Positions 1 to 16,893 are shown, counted from the first letter of the stretch. The stretch: DNA of 64,000 bases from Anolis carolinensis (GCF_035594765.1 NW_026943823.1:1550001-1614000); one strand, 5' to 3'. Numbers and translations: made by a program. Notes: generated by a model from the sequence alone, not told the origin.

Positions 1-938
1 AACTCAATGCAACAGAGTCCTGGGTGCCTATGTTTACAATGTATTGACAAACACTGGAGAGTAACTAGACTGGTTTTCCAAATGCATTATCTTTGGATCT
101 GCAAAAATATACAGTTACAGCTGCAAGCGTTATGGTGTTGCATTGTAGAATGAATGCCTCTTGACACCATAACTCAATGCAACAGAGTCCTGGGTGCCTA
201 TGTTTACAATGTATTGACAAACACTGGAGAGCAACTGGACTGGTTTTCCAAATGCATTGTCTTTGAATCTGCAAAAATATACAGTTACAGCTGCAAGTGT
301 TACGACGTTGCATTGCAGAACGAATGCATCTTGACACCATAACTCAATGCAACAGAGTCCTGGGTTCCTATGTTTACGAAGTATTGGCAAACACTGGAGA
401 CTGGTTTTCCAAATGCATTGTCTTTCGATCTGCAAAAATATACAGTTTCAGCTGCAAGTGTTACGACGTTGCATTGCAGAACGGATGCATCTTGACACCA
501 TAACTCAATCCAACAGAGTCCTGGGTGCCTATGTTTACGATGTATTGACAAACACTGGAGAGTAACTAGACTGGTTTTCCAAATGCATTGTCTTTGGATC
601 TGCAAAAATATTCAGTTACGGCTGCAAGCGTTACGGTGCTGCATTGCAGAACGAATGCATCTTGACACCATAACTCAATCCAACAGAGTCCTGAGTGCTT
701 ATGTTTACAATCTATTGACAAACACTGGACATCTTGACACCATGGCTCAATGCAACAGAGTCCTGGGTTCCTATGTTTACGTTATATTGACAAACACTGG
801 AGAGCAACTGGACTGGTTTTCCAAATGCATTGTCTTTGGATCTGCAAAAATATACAGTTACGGCTGCAAGTGTTACGGTGCTGCATTGCAGAACGAATGC
901 ATCTTGACACCATAACTCAATGCAACAGAGTCCTGGGA
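1..938. repeat. Tandem array, ~170-bp unit, ~5.5 copies visible (runs off the window start)
   Basis: Unit start aactcaatgcaacagagtcctggg (or a near variant) recurs at 1, 171, 341, 502, 672, 744 (after a ~72-bp partial unit) and 914. Confidence 0.95.
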
Positions 939-974
939 GTTGCAATTGTGCATGAATCCAAACAGCCACCGTAG

Positions 975-1272
975 CCAAGTTTCCACGGCAATTAAAGCGG
1001 AACCATTCTGCAGTCAGTGTAGATGCAAAGAGAGGAACGGCACGAGAGAAGAGCCTAGCAACGGGGAGAGCAAAGGTCACATTGCCGTGGCTGCCGGCTT
1101 TTGTGCCGGCTGAGCGGCGAAACTCTGCGAATGGCAAACTGTGCACAAAGGCAAACTGTGCAAAGAGACACGGAAGGAGAAGGAGGAGCCCTCGGGGACG
1201 GACAGGCGCAACGAGGGGAACGGCAGCCGGAACAACACGGCGACACACGGCCGGACAGGTGTTTTCGGACAG
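975..1272 (+). promoter_or_regulatory. Candidate CpG-rich promoter / non-coding first exon upstream of SOWAHD
   Basis: CpG-rich patch with RFX X-box-like motifs (gtttccacggcaat ~979, cctagcaac ~1054) ending at a donor-like cag|gtaaaa at 1272/1273. Confidence 0.3.
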
Positions 1273-1665
1273 GTAAAAAGTCCTTGTCTTTCATGTGCAT
1301 GAATGCAGAGAACTTGGCGGTGTTTACATGTTAAGCAGTAAAGCAGAAAGGAGAAACCAACCGTTCGGGTGTTGTGGAAGTGACCCGAAACTATCACTGT
1401 GCCTCTATTGTCATACGTTGTCGGTCAGTTGCTTTCGCTTTTGGAACATTGTGGCTTTAAAGAAATTCCCATTATGCTTTGTAACAAGGGAATATTGCAA
1501 TATGAGACCTTGCAATTGTGCATCGGGAAGGACATTTGGGTGCATTGCCGTCCCCAAGTTATGGGCGAGATAAATTCTACAGGTTTGTTCTTAAGTTTGA
1601 TTGTGTATGTAAGTCAGTCGGAACAGGTGCATTTTTAAGTGCAACTCAGGCCAAATGTGTATATA

Positions 1666-1925
1666 GTAAAGGTCAAGGTTTCCCCTAACATTAAATCCAG
1701 CCGTGTTTGGTCTGTTTGGTCAGTGCTTATCTCCATTTCTAAGCCGAAAAGCCTGTGTTGTCCGTAGACACCTGCATGGAGCGCCGTTACCTTCCCGCCG
1801 GAGCAGTACCTATTGATCTACTCACCTTTGCATGTTTTCGAACTGCTAGGTTGGTCTTTACTAGATTGGCAGAAGCTGGGGCTAACAGCAGGAGCTCACC
1901 TCGCACCCCAGATTCGAACCACCGG
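1666..1925 (-). mobile_element. Sauria SINE (partial)
   Basis: gtaaaggt tail and the core ttaccttcccgccggagcagtacctattgatctactcac; a second copy lies at 33281-33507. Confidence 0.75.
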
Positions 1926-2037
1926 AATGGTGGGAGCTGAAGTCCAAAACACCTGGACAAAGAGGGCCAAAGTTTGCCCATGCCTGTACTAGCCATTACA
2001 AAGCCCCGATTAGTTTATTCTGTCTCTTCCTCTTCAG

Positions 2038-2169
2038 GGTTTTTCCACTCCTATCATCTCAGTCCAGGAAGCAGAAAATGAAAGCCCGGCACTTTCACCA
2101 AAGAATGAAGAAGCAGCTGCATTTCGATGGGGAAAAACCATTTCCAGACTAAGTCAGGAGACGGAAAGG
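2038..2169 (+). other. Candidate internal 5'-UTR exon (132 nt) of SOWAHD
   Basis: Strong acceptor tgtctcttcctcttcag|2038 and consensus donor agg|gtaagt at 2169/2170; a further acceptor ttcctctttgttttcag|3900 precedes the SOWAHD ORF. Confidence 0.35.
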
Positions 2170-2359
2170 GTAAGTCATCCCATCAAGTAGAAGTTGGGCT
2201 TGTTTGGGATAGAATTGCCACTGTTTTTAACACGTCGGAGATGTTGTTATTTCTGAAAGAAGTCTCATTTAATATTTGAAGCCAGCTTTGGAATAATTAG
2301 TTCTTCTAAGCAGCTATTCCTTCCAAAACAGCTTCTCCGAGCCTCTTCTTTCAGGCTTA

Positions 2360-2612
2360 GCACTGGGTTAAACTCTTGTGCCGGCTGGACTGCTGACCTG
2401 AAGGTTGGGTTCACTGACTTGAAGGTTGCCGGTTCAAATCGGCAAGACAGGGCGAGCTCCCGCCTGTCAGCTCTAGCTTGCAGGGACTTGAGAGAAGCCA
2501 CCCAGCAACACATCTGGGCGTCCCCTGGGCAACGTCTCTGTAGACGGCCAATTCTCTCACACCAGAAGCAACTTGCATTATGTTCTCAAGTCACTTCTGA
2601 CGTGATAAAAAT
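2360..2612 (+). mobile_element. tRNA-head SINE with A-rich tail
   Basis: B-box-like ggttcaaatc, Sauria-like head (tgctgacctgaaggttg), tail ttctcaagtcacttctgac followed by A-rich run. Confidence 0.55.
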
Positions 2613-2697
2613 AAAGCATTGAGCTGAGAAAACATAGTAGAGAGGTTGTGTATGTGTGTGTGTATATATAGTACGTATACATGTACATATACATATA

Positions 2698-3248
2698 CAG
2701 TAGAGTCTCACTTATCCAACATAAACGGGCCGGCAGAACATTAGATAAGCAGAAATGTTGGATAATAAGGAAGAATTAAGGAAAAGCCTATTAAACATCA
2801 AATTAGATTATGATTTTACAAATTAAGCACCAAAACATGTTTTACAACAATTTTGACAGAAAAAGTAGTTCAATAATATAATATAATAATAATAACTTTA
2901 TTTTTATACTCCGCCCCATCTCCCCGAAGGGACTTGGGGCGGCTTACATGGGACCTGGCCCGATAAAACAAACAAATAACAGTAACAAAGCAATAAAACA
3001 ATTATCCCAGTAAAAAACACCAACATCAATAAAAACAATCATTAAAATCAACAAGCAGGATACAGTGTTAAAAACAGTTCAATACGCAGTAACGCTACGT
3101 AGTAATTACTGTATTTATGAATTTAGCACCAAATCATCACAATGTATTGAAAACATTGACTACAAAAATATTGACTACTAAAAGGCAGACTGCATTGGAT
3201 AATCTAGAACGTTGGATCAGCGAATGTTGGATAAGTGAGACTCTACTG
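2698..3248. mobile_element. Tc1/mariner-superfamily MITE (~323-bp family), here carrying an inserted LINE-tail fragment
   Basis: TIR CAGTAGAGTCTCACTTATCCAA ... TTGGATAAGTGAGACTCTACTG flanked by TA at both ends. Confidence 0.85.
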
Positions 3249-3998
3249 TACATATATGGAATGGAAAATGTCCAAGTCTTGTATGTCGCACCTGTACAAG
3301 CCATTTTCTACTTATGGTGACACTGTCAATTTCATAGCTCCTTCCTCTGAAATACAACCTGTAATATATTTTGTATTTCTTAATGGCCTCCCATCCAAGA
3401 GCCGACCGGGTATGACCCTGCTTAGCATGCAAATTCAGAAGGGACCTGGTGCCGCCGGCCTCTGAACCAAAGGCATTTGGAAAACAGTTCCTAAGGAATT
3501 CAGGAGTGCTAATGAAACGGGTTCGGACAAATGTCTGCGAAGGCCACAAACTCATGAAATAACTCAAATTCTCCCCCTCCTTCACCAGTAAGCTGAATCA
3601 TACACACCCCATAAGAGCAAAGCTGCTCTTAACCTAATTGGGAAGAAAGAAAATAAGTAAGAAAGAAAAAAAAGAGGACGGACAAGTGTGAGCGAAATGA
3701 ATGGCATGTATTGTTTTTAGAAGCGGAGTATTGCAAACTTTGTGGGGAGGAGGACGGGAATAGAACATATATATTTCTTCCAAGGGCCAATGTCTTTCGC
3801 CTTCTTCTGGAAGGACAGCTGTTGCCCGAAGCCTCTTTCACAACCGCGGTCTATTTTCTTCCTCTTGAGTGACAAGAGTTTGTTCCTCTTTGTTTTCAGG
3901 CAGAACCAGGAAGCACGGCCTTGCGGAGACTCGAAATGCGACTCTGCGCGGAAGAAAACGGGCCATAAATGATCAAGACTTGGAAGCATTGCTGCACC

Positions 3999-4988
3999 AT
4001 GGCGGAGAAGCCACAAGAAGACACCTCGCAGGGGCTGAAGATGCCCGAGGACGTGTCACCACGTGCCCGAGAAGAAGCCGTCAAGGCTCCGGCTGTCGGA
4101 AGCCAGTCTCCAAGTCTTAGCATCCGAGGCGGGACCCCGACTCTCCGCCACAGGCAGCCGTCCAGTTTCAACCGGAGCCTGGGCCGGTCCAGCAGGCGTT
4201 CCGGCCACTGGACGTCGTCGGGGACGGACACGGCGAGGCTCTCGATGGGCTGGGGCAGCACCAGGAGGAAAGGGCTGAAGGAGATCCTCCTGCAGAGCAG
4301 CCAAGCCAAGCCCGCGTGGTTGTCGGCTTCTCGAAACGAGAGCGGCGATGACGTCGATTCCGAGGAGCTCAACCCCGAGGACCTCTCCTTGGCGCTGGAC
4401 CCCTTGGAGCACGAGTGGATGCTCACGGCGGCCCACGGGGACGTCGAGAACGCCCTCCGCTTGCTGGAGAAAGACCCCAGTTTGCTCGTGAGGAGGGACT
4501 TTGTGACGGGCTTCACCGTCCTGCACTGGCTGGCCAAACACGGTCAGCACGAGGCCTTGATCCAAGTGGTGGCCTTCGCGCAGAGGAATTGCTTCCCGGT
4601 CGACGTCAATGTCTTGACGGCCGGCGGGAGGCTCACCCCGTTGCACTTGGCCGCGCTGCAGGGCCGCGAGATGGTCATGAAGGTGCTGGTGGGGGCCTTC
4701 GGGGCCGACGTGGGCCTCCGGGACCACAACGGGCGCAAGGCCTGGCAGTGCCTCCGGGCCGACGCTTCCCGGGAGCTGAAGGAGCTCTTGGGCGCCAGCG
4801 AGGAAGACCTGGCTGCCCAGGCCGGAGGCAACGCCAACAACAACAACTGCGCCCCGTCCAGGCGAGGTGGCCTCGGGAACGTGGTGAAAGCGGGCAGCAA
4901 GGAGCCACAAAGCCAGAGAGCGGCTCCCAGGCTCTCTTATTTCCGGAACATGTTCAAGCAAGCGGTCGCATTCTTCCAGGAGCTTTAG
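3999..4988 (+). CDS. SOWAHD: Ankyrin-repeat protein sosondowah D (single coding exon, ~329 aa)
   Basis: ORF 3969-4988; ATG 3999 has a strong Kozak context (gcaccATGG). SOWAH signature LDPLEHEWML, ankyrin repeats TGFTVLHWLAKHG and GRLTPLHLAALQG, then DHNGRKAWQ. Adjacent to RPL39 as in human Xq24. Confidence 0.9.
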   Translation: MAEKPQEDTSQGLKMPEDVSPRAREEAVKAPAVGSQSPSLSIRGGTPTLRHRQPSSFNRSLGRSSRRSGHWTSSGTDTARLSMGWGSTRRKGLKEILLQSSQAKPAWLSASRNESGDDVDSEELNPEDLSLALDPLEHEWMLTAAHGDVENALRLLEKDPSLLVRRDFVTGFTVLHWLAKHGQHEALIQVVAFAQRNCFPVDVNVLTAGGRLTPLHLAALQGREMVMKVLVGAFGADVGLRDHNGRKAWQCLRADASRELKELLGASEEDLAAQAGGNANNNNCAPSRRGGLGNVVKAGSKEPQSQRAAPRLSYFRNMFKQAVAFFQEL

Positions 4989-5139
4989 ACATCGGTTCAG
5001 CGACCTGTGTTACCTGTGAGCGGATTCCAATACTATCCATCATCATACAGTGGGATGGAAGTGGTTGGAAACCGGTTGTTCAATGGGACCTTGAAATTGC
5101 CTCCAAACATTGCTCTGTCATACAGCTGCTATCATAAAC

Positions 5140-5935
5140 TCGGAAGTTGCTTAACGGGATCGATATTGCCTCCAAACATTACTCGGACGTACGGATACTA
5201 TCGGGAACTCGGAAGTTGCTTAACGGGATCGATATTTCCTCCAAACATCGCTCCGCCGTACAACTATTTTCGGAAACTCGGAAGCTGCTAAACGGGATCG
5301 ATATTGCCTCCAAACATTGCTCCACTGTACGGCTACTATCGGGAACTCGGAAGTTGCTTAACAGGATCGATATTGCCTCCAAATATCGCTCCACCTTACG
5401 TATATCGGAAACTCGGAAGTTGCTTAACGGGATCGATATTGCATCCAAACATTGCTCCACCGTACGGCTACTATCGGAAACTCAGAAGTTGCTTAACGGG
5501 ATCGACATTGCCTCCAAACATCGCTCCATCTTACGTCTATCGGAAACTCGGAAGTTGCTTAACAGGATCGATATTGCCTCCAAACATCGCTCTGCCGTAC
5601 GGGTATTTTCGGAAACTTGGAAGTTGCTTAACGGGATCGATATTGCCTCCAAACATCGCTCCACTGTACGGATACTATCAGAAACTCGGAAGTTGCTTAA
5701 CGGGATCGATATTGCCTCCAAACATCGCTCCGCTGTACGGATACTATCGGAAACGCGGAAGTTGCTTAATGGGATCGATATTGCCTCCAAACACTACTTC
5801 ACCCTATGACAACTATCAGAAACTCGGAAGCTGCTTAACGGGATATTTCCTCCAAACATCGCTCCACCGTACGGATACTATCGGGAACTTGGAAGTTGCT
5901 TAACGGGATCGATATTGCCTCCAAACATCGCTCGG
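5140..5935. repeat. Minisatellite, 69-bp unit (66-bp variants), ~11-12 copies
   Basis: aacgggatcgatattgcctccaaacatcgctcc...cggaagttgctt repeats; ORF track shows a 23-aa periodicity. Confidence 0.95.
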
Positions 5936-6208
5936 AAGACCTTCTATTGGCCAGATCCTTCATTTCCAAGGAAACAATATTTAGGATTGGCATGACTTAA
6001 GTCTGCAAACTGGAATAAGTCTTCCATCTCTCTTTGCTTCCTACTAGGAAGTGTGTAAGTAGGATTCTCAGGGATGTTTCGGTGGGGTGGGATTGTAATT
6101 CAAAGCAGAGGCGGATTCCATGTTGCAGTCGGTTGACGAATTGTCACGATGGGCGAAGAGATAAATCACCAAATCTTGGGTGGACCAAGCACTTATTTGT
6201 AACTAGAA

Positions 6209-6408
6209 CAGGCATGGGCAAACTTGGGCCCTCCCTGCAAGTATTTTGGACTGCAACTCCCACCATTCCTAACAGCCTCAGGCCCTTCCTTTTCCCCCTC
6301 AGCCGCTTAAGCGGCTGAGGGGGAAAAGGAAGGGCCTGAGGCTGTTAGGAATGGTGGGAGTTGCAGTCCAAAACACTTGCAGGGAGGGCCCAAGTTTGCC
6401 CATATCTG
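6209..6408. mobile_element. hAT-type non-autonomous MITE, 200-bp near-perfect palindrome
   Basis: TIR CAGGCATGGGCAAAC...GTTTGCCCATATCTG; 8-bp TSD aactagaa/tactagaa (7 of 8 match); centre gccgcttaagcggc. Confidence 0.85.
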
Positions 6409-7277
6409 TACTAGAAGATAGCCCATACTCTTCTTTCTTTTTTCCCCTGGGTGCAATTGAGAAAATACAAATTATTCTGGGCTATGGAAATTAAAATGAT
6501 TTCAGCACTCCTTTCTTAATGCCGTAAGAACCTTTGCAGTTTCAAATAAAAACAAAGCCTTGATGGCGGAAAAGCAAAGCTGTGTCTCCTTGATAATTCC
6601 CATATCATTATTATTATTATTATTATCATTAATTCATTTCTATTCCGCTTTTCTCCTGTGGGTGGGATTCATAAAATTCATACAAATACACTGAACAGCA
6701 ATACATAATCAATTAAAACATCCTATCCCAATTAAAACCCAACTGAAATATCAAATAAAACAATTTTATGACAAGAAGTGACGTTTCTGGAGGGGAAAGC
6801 GGGAGCTCCGGCATAACAAAAGAGCTAGTGTCTTGTAACATTTAATATGAGATGTATTAATATTAATATAACCTTACTCCATCCATTAATCCTCTAGCAT
6901 TGCAATTACACAATTGTTACCTTCCATAGAAACCTGGGAACGATTGCATTGTTCCAAACAGTATGATCTTATTTACCGAGCTTAATAACGCGGCCAGATA
7001 GGTCTCGCAATTCCTCCCTCCGGTTCAGCCAATGGCAGATCTTTCCTTTTTGATCGAGTGCCAAGCCCGAAACACAAAAGAAGCCGGGCAAGAACTGCTT
7101 CGGGTAGAAATGGAAAGGGAGATTATAGTAGCTCATAGTTTTACACACCAAAGATCAAAGTAAACATTGAGGAGCCAACGCTCCGAAGAGTAAATAGTTT
7201 CTTGCCTTTGTTTCTTGCGCCCATGACAACTCTTTACAAACTTGGTAAGAATAACCTAGCAAAACGTTCCTGTAGAC

Positions 7278-7550
7278 TGGGTTGCTGTGAGTTTTTTGGG
7301 CTGCCTGGCCATGTTCCAGAAGCATTCTCTCCTGACGCTTCACCCACATCTATGGCAGGCATCCACAGGTTGTGAGGTCTGTTGGAAACTAGGCAAGTGG
7401 GGTTATATATATCTGTGGAATCTCCAGGGTGAAAGAACTTTATAGTCTGTTGGAGGCAAGTGTGAATGTTAAAATTCATTAGCACTGAATGGCATTGCAG
7501 CTTCAAAGCTTGGCTGCTTCCTGTCTGGAGGAATCCTGGGTTGGGAGGCA
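7278..7550 (-). mobile_element. Penelope-like element 3'/pLTR fragment with a degenerate hammerhead
   Basis: Reverse complement of the ...ggatgcctgccatagatgtggg...ggaacatggcc...cacagcaaccc family also seen at 9830, 45340 and 61150. Confidence 0.7.
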
Positions 7551-8705
7551 CTTTTTGAAAGGAGCCATTGTATAGATTTCAAAATGTTAATGTTAGTTCT
7601 GTGCAAATATTGAAGGATTAAAACAAGACCCACAGATTAACTTCTGTGCAAGTCTCAATCGAGGAAACGTTGCATGTCAATAAATGTAATAATAGTAATA
7701 ATTAATAAATATAATTATTATCGCCGATACATCACAGAGTCCTAGACACTTGGGAAGTGTCCGATGTGTGAGTGTCTGCTGTGGACTCGTCTTGTTGGGT
7801 TTCTAATAATAATAATGATGATGTAGTTCAGTGATAGAGCTCATATTTTGCATGTAAACAATCCCTTTTGTCTCTTGTTTAAAAAGTCCCACTAATTGGT
7901 TTCTGGGAAAGAAAGCTTTGCAGAGATCCTGGAGGGAAAATTTCCAACTACAATATCTGGACTGCACTTGTGAGAACTTTAGTGTAAGGCATGTTTGTCA
8001 TATTTTCTATTTATTTATTTATTTTGTGTCAAAAGCATTGCATAACAAATATATTTTCTATTAGTAGCCGAGTTTGCAACCCAGGAACAAAAATCATGTT
8101 GCATACTGTTATTTACTCTGCATCATTTTTAAAGGGAAGCGAAACCACACTTCCTCCTTTCACAATGTGATCATACACAAATGCACAGCAAAGCTATCTC
8201 CCTTTTTCACCATTGTGTTACTTTATTTCTTATTGCTCCTTATTTCTCCCTTACTTCACCCTCACCTCTGCAGACTTTTCCTCTCTACCTGTGCTTTCCC
8301 AGCTCATTCCAAGCCATTCGCCCACAAAAGCAGATGGGAGCCCCAGCTTTGCAGGGAATCGGTGTCGAATTCGCAGCCTTTGTCTGGCTGCCAACCCTCT
8401 CTGCTCAGCCGCGTAAGCAGGAAACCCAAGCAGAAGCCGCTCATTTGCACATGAGAGTGCGCTTCATCTCATGTTTATTAATGAGCCTCTTTTCTTCACG
8501 GGGGTATGGATGGGCTTGGGAACCGAAGGACAGAAAACGCCAAACACAAAGGTCCCCATTATTCGGTTTTAATTCTTGGGGGAAAAAATAAAAAAATTCA
8601 GGAGAGAAAGGAAAACTGCACAATATGTTGACGGCGTTCAGTCCTGAAAAACAAGAGTGGCGGCAGATTGGTCGGAAGGGGCCATTCCTGGGGCTTGGGG
8701 GCTCC

Positions 8706-12913
<4,208 letters not shown>

Positions 12914-12948
12914 GTCCGCCGCTCTGCCTCCAACGCCAATGGCCGAAC

Positions 12949-12962
12949 GGAAAAGGAAGAGA
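12949..12962 (-). promoter_or_regulatory. 5' TOP / TCT initiator tract of RPL39
   Basis: Minus strand ctcttccttttcc about 35 nt upstream of the ATG; typical of ribosomal protein genes. Confidence 0.8.
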
Positions 12963-13094
12963 TGAGGCAGAAGGAAGCGGAGGCAGGAAGAGGCGAGGCT
13001 AGACGCTCCCTCAGAAGGCTATCGAGTGGGAGAGTGCAGCGCCCCCTCGCACCTCCAGCAGGCACTGCAGCGCCACAGCACTCTGGTTCATTAG

Positions 13095-14064
13095 ACCATA
13101 AAGCAAGCTGGGAAAGTTTGTCTTTCCAGGCATTTTGAGGACCATACACACACACATTATAATGTTATAATACTGATCATGATAATAATAAATTATAATA
13201 CTGATGACAATAATAATAATATAATATAGTAGGATGATAATAATATAGTATAGTGGGGAGATGGTGGCAGGGTATAAATAAAGTTTTATTATTATTATAA
13301 TATAATAATAATAATACCCAGCAAACTTAGGTTTGTTTATTAGCCCATCAAGCAAGCAGGGAAAGTTTCCAAAGTTTGTCTTTCCTGGCATTTTGAGGAC
13401 CATACACACACACATTATAATGTTATAATACTGATCATGATAATAATAAATTATAATACTGATGACAATAATAATATAATATAGTATAGTGGGGAGATGG
13501 TGGCAGGGTATAAATAAAGTTTTATTATTATATTATAATTATTATTTATTTTTTATTATTATTATTTTATTATTATATTATAATAATAATAATAATACCC
13601 AGCACACTTAGGTTTGTTTATTAGCCCATCAAGCAAGCAGGAAAAGTTTCCAAAGTTTGTCTTTCCAGGCATTTTGAGGACCATACACACACATATTATA
13701 ATGTTATAATACTGATCATGATAATAATATAATACTGATGACAATAATAATACAATATAGTAGGATGATAATAATAATAATAATAATAATATAGTATAGT
13801 GGGAAGATAGTGGCAGGGTATAAATAAAGTTTTATTATTATTATAATATAATAATAATAATACCCAGCACACTTAGGTTTGTTTATTAGCCCATCAAGCA
13901 AGCAGGGAAAGTTTCCAGTTTGTCTTTCCAGGCATTTTGAGGACCATACACACACATATTATAATGTTATAATACTGATCATGAAAATAATATATTATAA
14001 TACTGATGACAATAATAATATAATATAGTATAGTGGGGAGATGGTGGCAGGGTATAAATAAAGC

Positions 14065-14130
<66 letters not shown>

Positions 14131-14333
14131 GTACCCAGCATGCTTAGGTTTGTTTATTAGCCCATAAAGCAAGCAGGGGAAGTTTCCAAAGTTTGTCTTT
14201 CCAGGCATTTTGAGGACCATACACACACACATTATAATGTTATAATACTGATCATGATAATAATAAATTATAATACTGATGACAATAATAATATAATATA
14301 GTATAGTGGGGAGATAGTGGCAGGGTATAAATA

Positions 14334-14381
<48 letters not shown>

Positions 14382-14730
14382 ATACCCAGCACGCTTAGGT
14401 TTGTTTATTAGCCCATCAAGCAAGCAGGGAAAGTTTCCAAAGTTTGTCTTTCCAGGCATTTTGATGACCATACACACACACATTATGATGTTATAATACT
14501 GATCATGATAATAATATAATACTGATGACAATAATAATATAATATAGTAGGATGATAAAAATAATAATAATATAGTATAGTGGGGAGATAGTGGCAGGGT
14601 ATAAATAAAGTTTTTTAATTATTATTATTATTATTATTATATAATCATACCCAGCACGCTTACGTTTGTTTATTAGCCCATAAAGCAAGCAGGGAAAGTT
14701 TCCAAAGCTTGTCCTTCCAGGTTTTTTGAG
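13095..14730. repeat. Tandem array, ~250-280-bp unit, ~6 copies with embedded (TAA)n/(ATT)n tracts
   Basis: aagcaagcagggaaagtttccaaagtttgtctttccaggcattttgaggacc recurs near 13101, 13350, 13631, 13897, 14167, 14418 and 14683. Confidence 0.9.
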
Positions 14731-15129
14731 GAATACGTAATAATAATAGTTATACTTTATAATAATAATAACTTTATTTTTGTATCCCACCTCCATCTCC
14801 CTGAAGGGACTCAGGTAGGTTCGTAAGGAAGAATGCGATCGCAGAGATATTTATTTATTTATCTATTTATTTACTATATTTATATCCCGCTCTTCTCACC
14901 CCGAAGGAGACTCAGAGCAGCTTACAAATCAAATGAACATACAATATATTATTAGCATAGCACAATATGAGCATTAAATTACTATATTGTACTATATCAT
15001 TGTATGGTAATATTATTAGTAATACTACATTTAATATATAATATATAATTAATATTATTATGTATTATTAGTAGTATAATATTGTATTCCATTATATTAT
15101 TATCAATATTATATGTATATACAATTATT

Positions 15130-15176
<47 letters not shown>

Positions 15177-16564
15177 TATATAGTAAATAAATAAATAAGG
15201 ATAGATTCACAAAAGCTAGAATGAACTGAGGATACTTGACACTTGAAAAAGTAGTGTATTAAATAACTGTAATAATAATCTGATAGCTTTGTAATATGTC
15301 ATTTTGTATTCGGTGTTTATATAAAATGGTATTAATATGGAGACGCAGCTGTCTCAGGTCCTGAAAGTCAGTGTAGCGCAAGGCAGCCTTTGCTTTGAAA
15401 TGCACGTAATATACTGATTTTTTTTAAATGTACAACAGTTACAAAGCAACTGTATTCAGTGTTTAATTAATGTGCTTAAGTAATGAGCCCAAATGATGGA
15501 GTGGCTGGTCCATTTGGGGAGGAGGAGCCCCTCTTCACATGATCTCGGATACGATCGACACAAAAAACAGGATTTATTTTCTTTCTCACCCAACAACAAC
15601 TTTCAAAATAAGCTTTTTAAATGGCATCTCAAGTTTTATTTAGTACAAAATAGCTGTTGTATTAACAGGAAGAGCCACAATACTTCTTTCTGGATGTTCT
15701 AGTAACACAAGGGTAAGAATCATACAGCTGTCCACACAACTCCCAGCATCCCCACCAATGATTGCTGGGAGTTTTAATGTCCGATAACAAAGGAAAGGGA
15801 AGGCTGCATCATTCCTGCCTGTTCTGCTGTCACTTTCCTCAGATGTTCTGGACTACAATGCCTATCATCCTGGTCAGTAGCTCTATCCTATATGCAAAGA
15901 TAAGGGGGTGGGCATTAGAGTCTGCTACACCCGAGGGCCTGAGCTGGGAAGGCTGCTCTAATGCATCAAGGAATGCAATGCACAACAGAAGAAGAGCATT
16001 AGGAAAAGAATAAGAGAAAAACAAGCAGGGACAACAATCGGCTATAGAGATTTCCTTGAAAATAAATGTCATATCCGGATGTTACATGAGATGTTGCTTG
16101 AAACACCCTCTCTTTATATCCAACTTAAAGCTTAGCTATTTCATTCCAGCCTCACCAATGTTTAATGGAAAAACAAAACACAGGTGTCCCCCACACTTGC
16201 ATAGCAAACTGTCTCAACTCAACAAAACTGTTGCGCCTCCCCTCGGCATACAACGCACTGCCAACCAATGAGGCTCAAAAGTGGCTGTATTTTAAGTGCA
16301 AATACCACCCTGAGCCTCCTGAACTCAAAGCCTTTCACAAAAGGGGGGGGGGGTCTCCTTCACCTTGTCCTTTTGCTGCCCCCCACTCCTCCATTCGACA
16401 GACAAGACAAGCATTGGGGTGTGACTCTGAATTGGGACTCTGAAGCCGGAAAGATGGCACCCGTCAAGGCTCCCCGTATTCCTTCCTTCCTTCTCTTCCA
16501 AGGCACTTCTGGGCTGCATGGTTCATGCTCTTTGGCTTGCAGGCGGGCGTGCGGGCGGGGGATG

Positions 16565-16833
16565 TCACTCGGCCTCCTTCGCGTTGCCGGCCTCGCACTC
16601 GGGCTTCTTCTCGGCTCCTTGGTCGGGGGACTTCGCGGGGCTTTCGTCGTACGCCGACAGCCGGCTCCGGCTCCGTGCTCCGGGCTGATAGAGTTGCATA
16701 GCTGGCCGATCCTGAAACGACGAGAATGAAAATCGAGTGGTAAATTTCCATATTTCATTCAGATATAGTATTTGGAGTACTGGTCGCATGGCAATAGGTG
16801 TTAGAACTCAACCACATCCTGCACAGGTTCTTT

Positions 16834-16893
<60 letters not shown>

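Noticed and set aside
4056-4961. 301-aa antisense ORF and other overlapping ORFs over SOWAHD
   Set aside because: Shadow ORFs from GC-rich codon usage; no recognisable domain.
5147-5903. Repeat-protein ORFs of 220 and 199 aa
   Set aside because: Produced by a 69-bp unit divisible by three; non-ATG starts and no convincing splice link to a gene.
13011-14796. Poly-Ile/Tyr/Asn ORFs (also near 28577, 32447 and 53578)
   Set aside because: Translations of (ATT)n/(TAA)n microsatellites.
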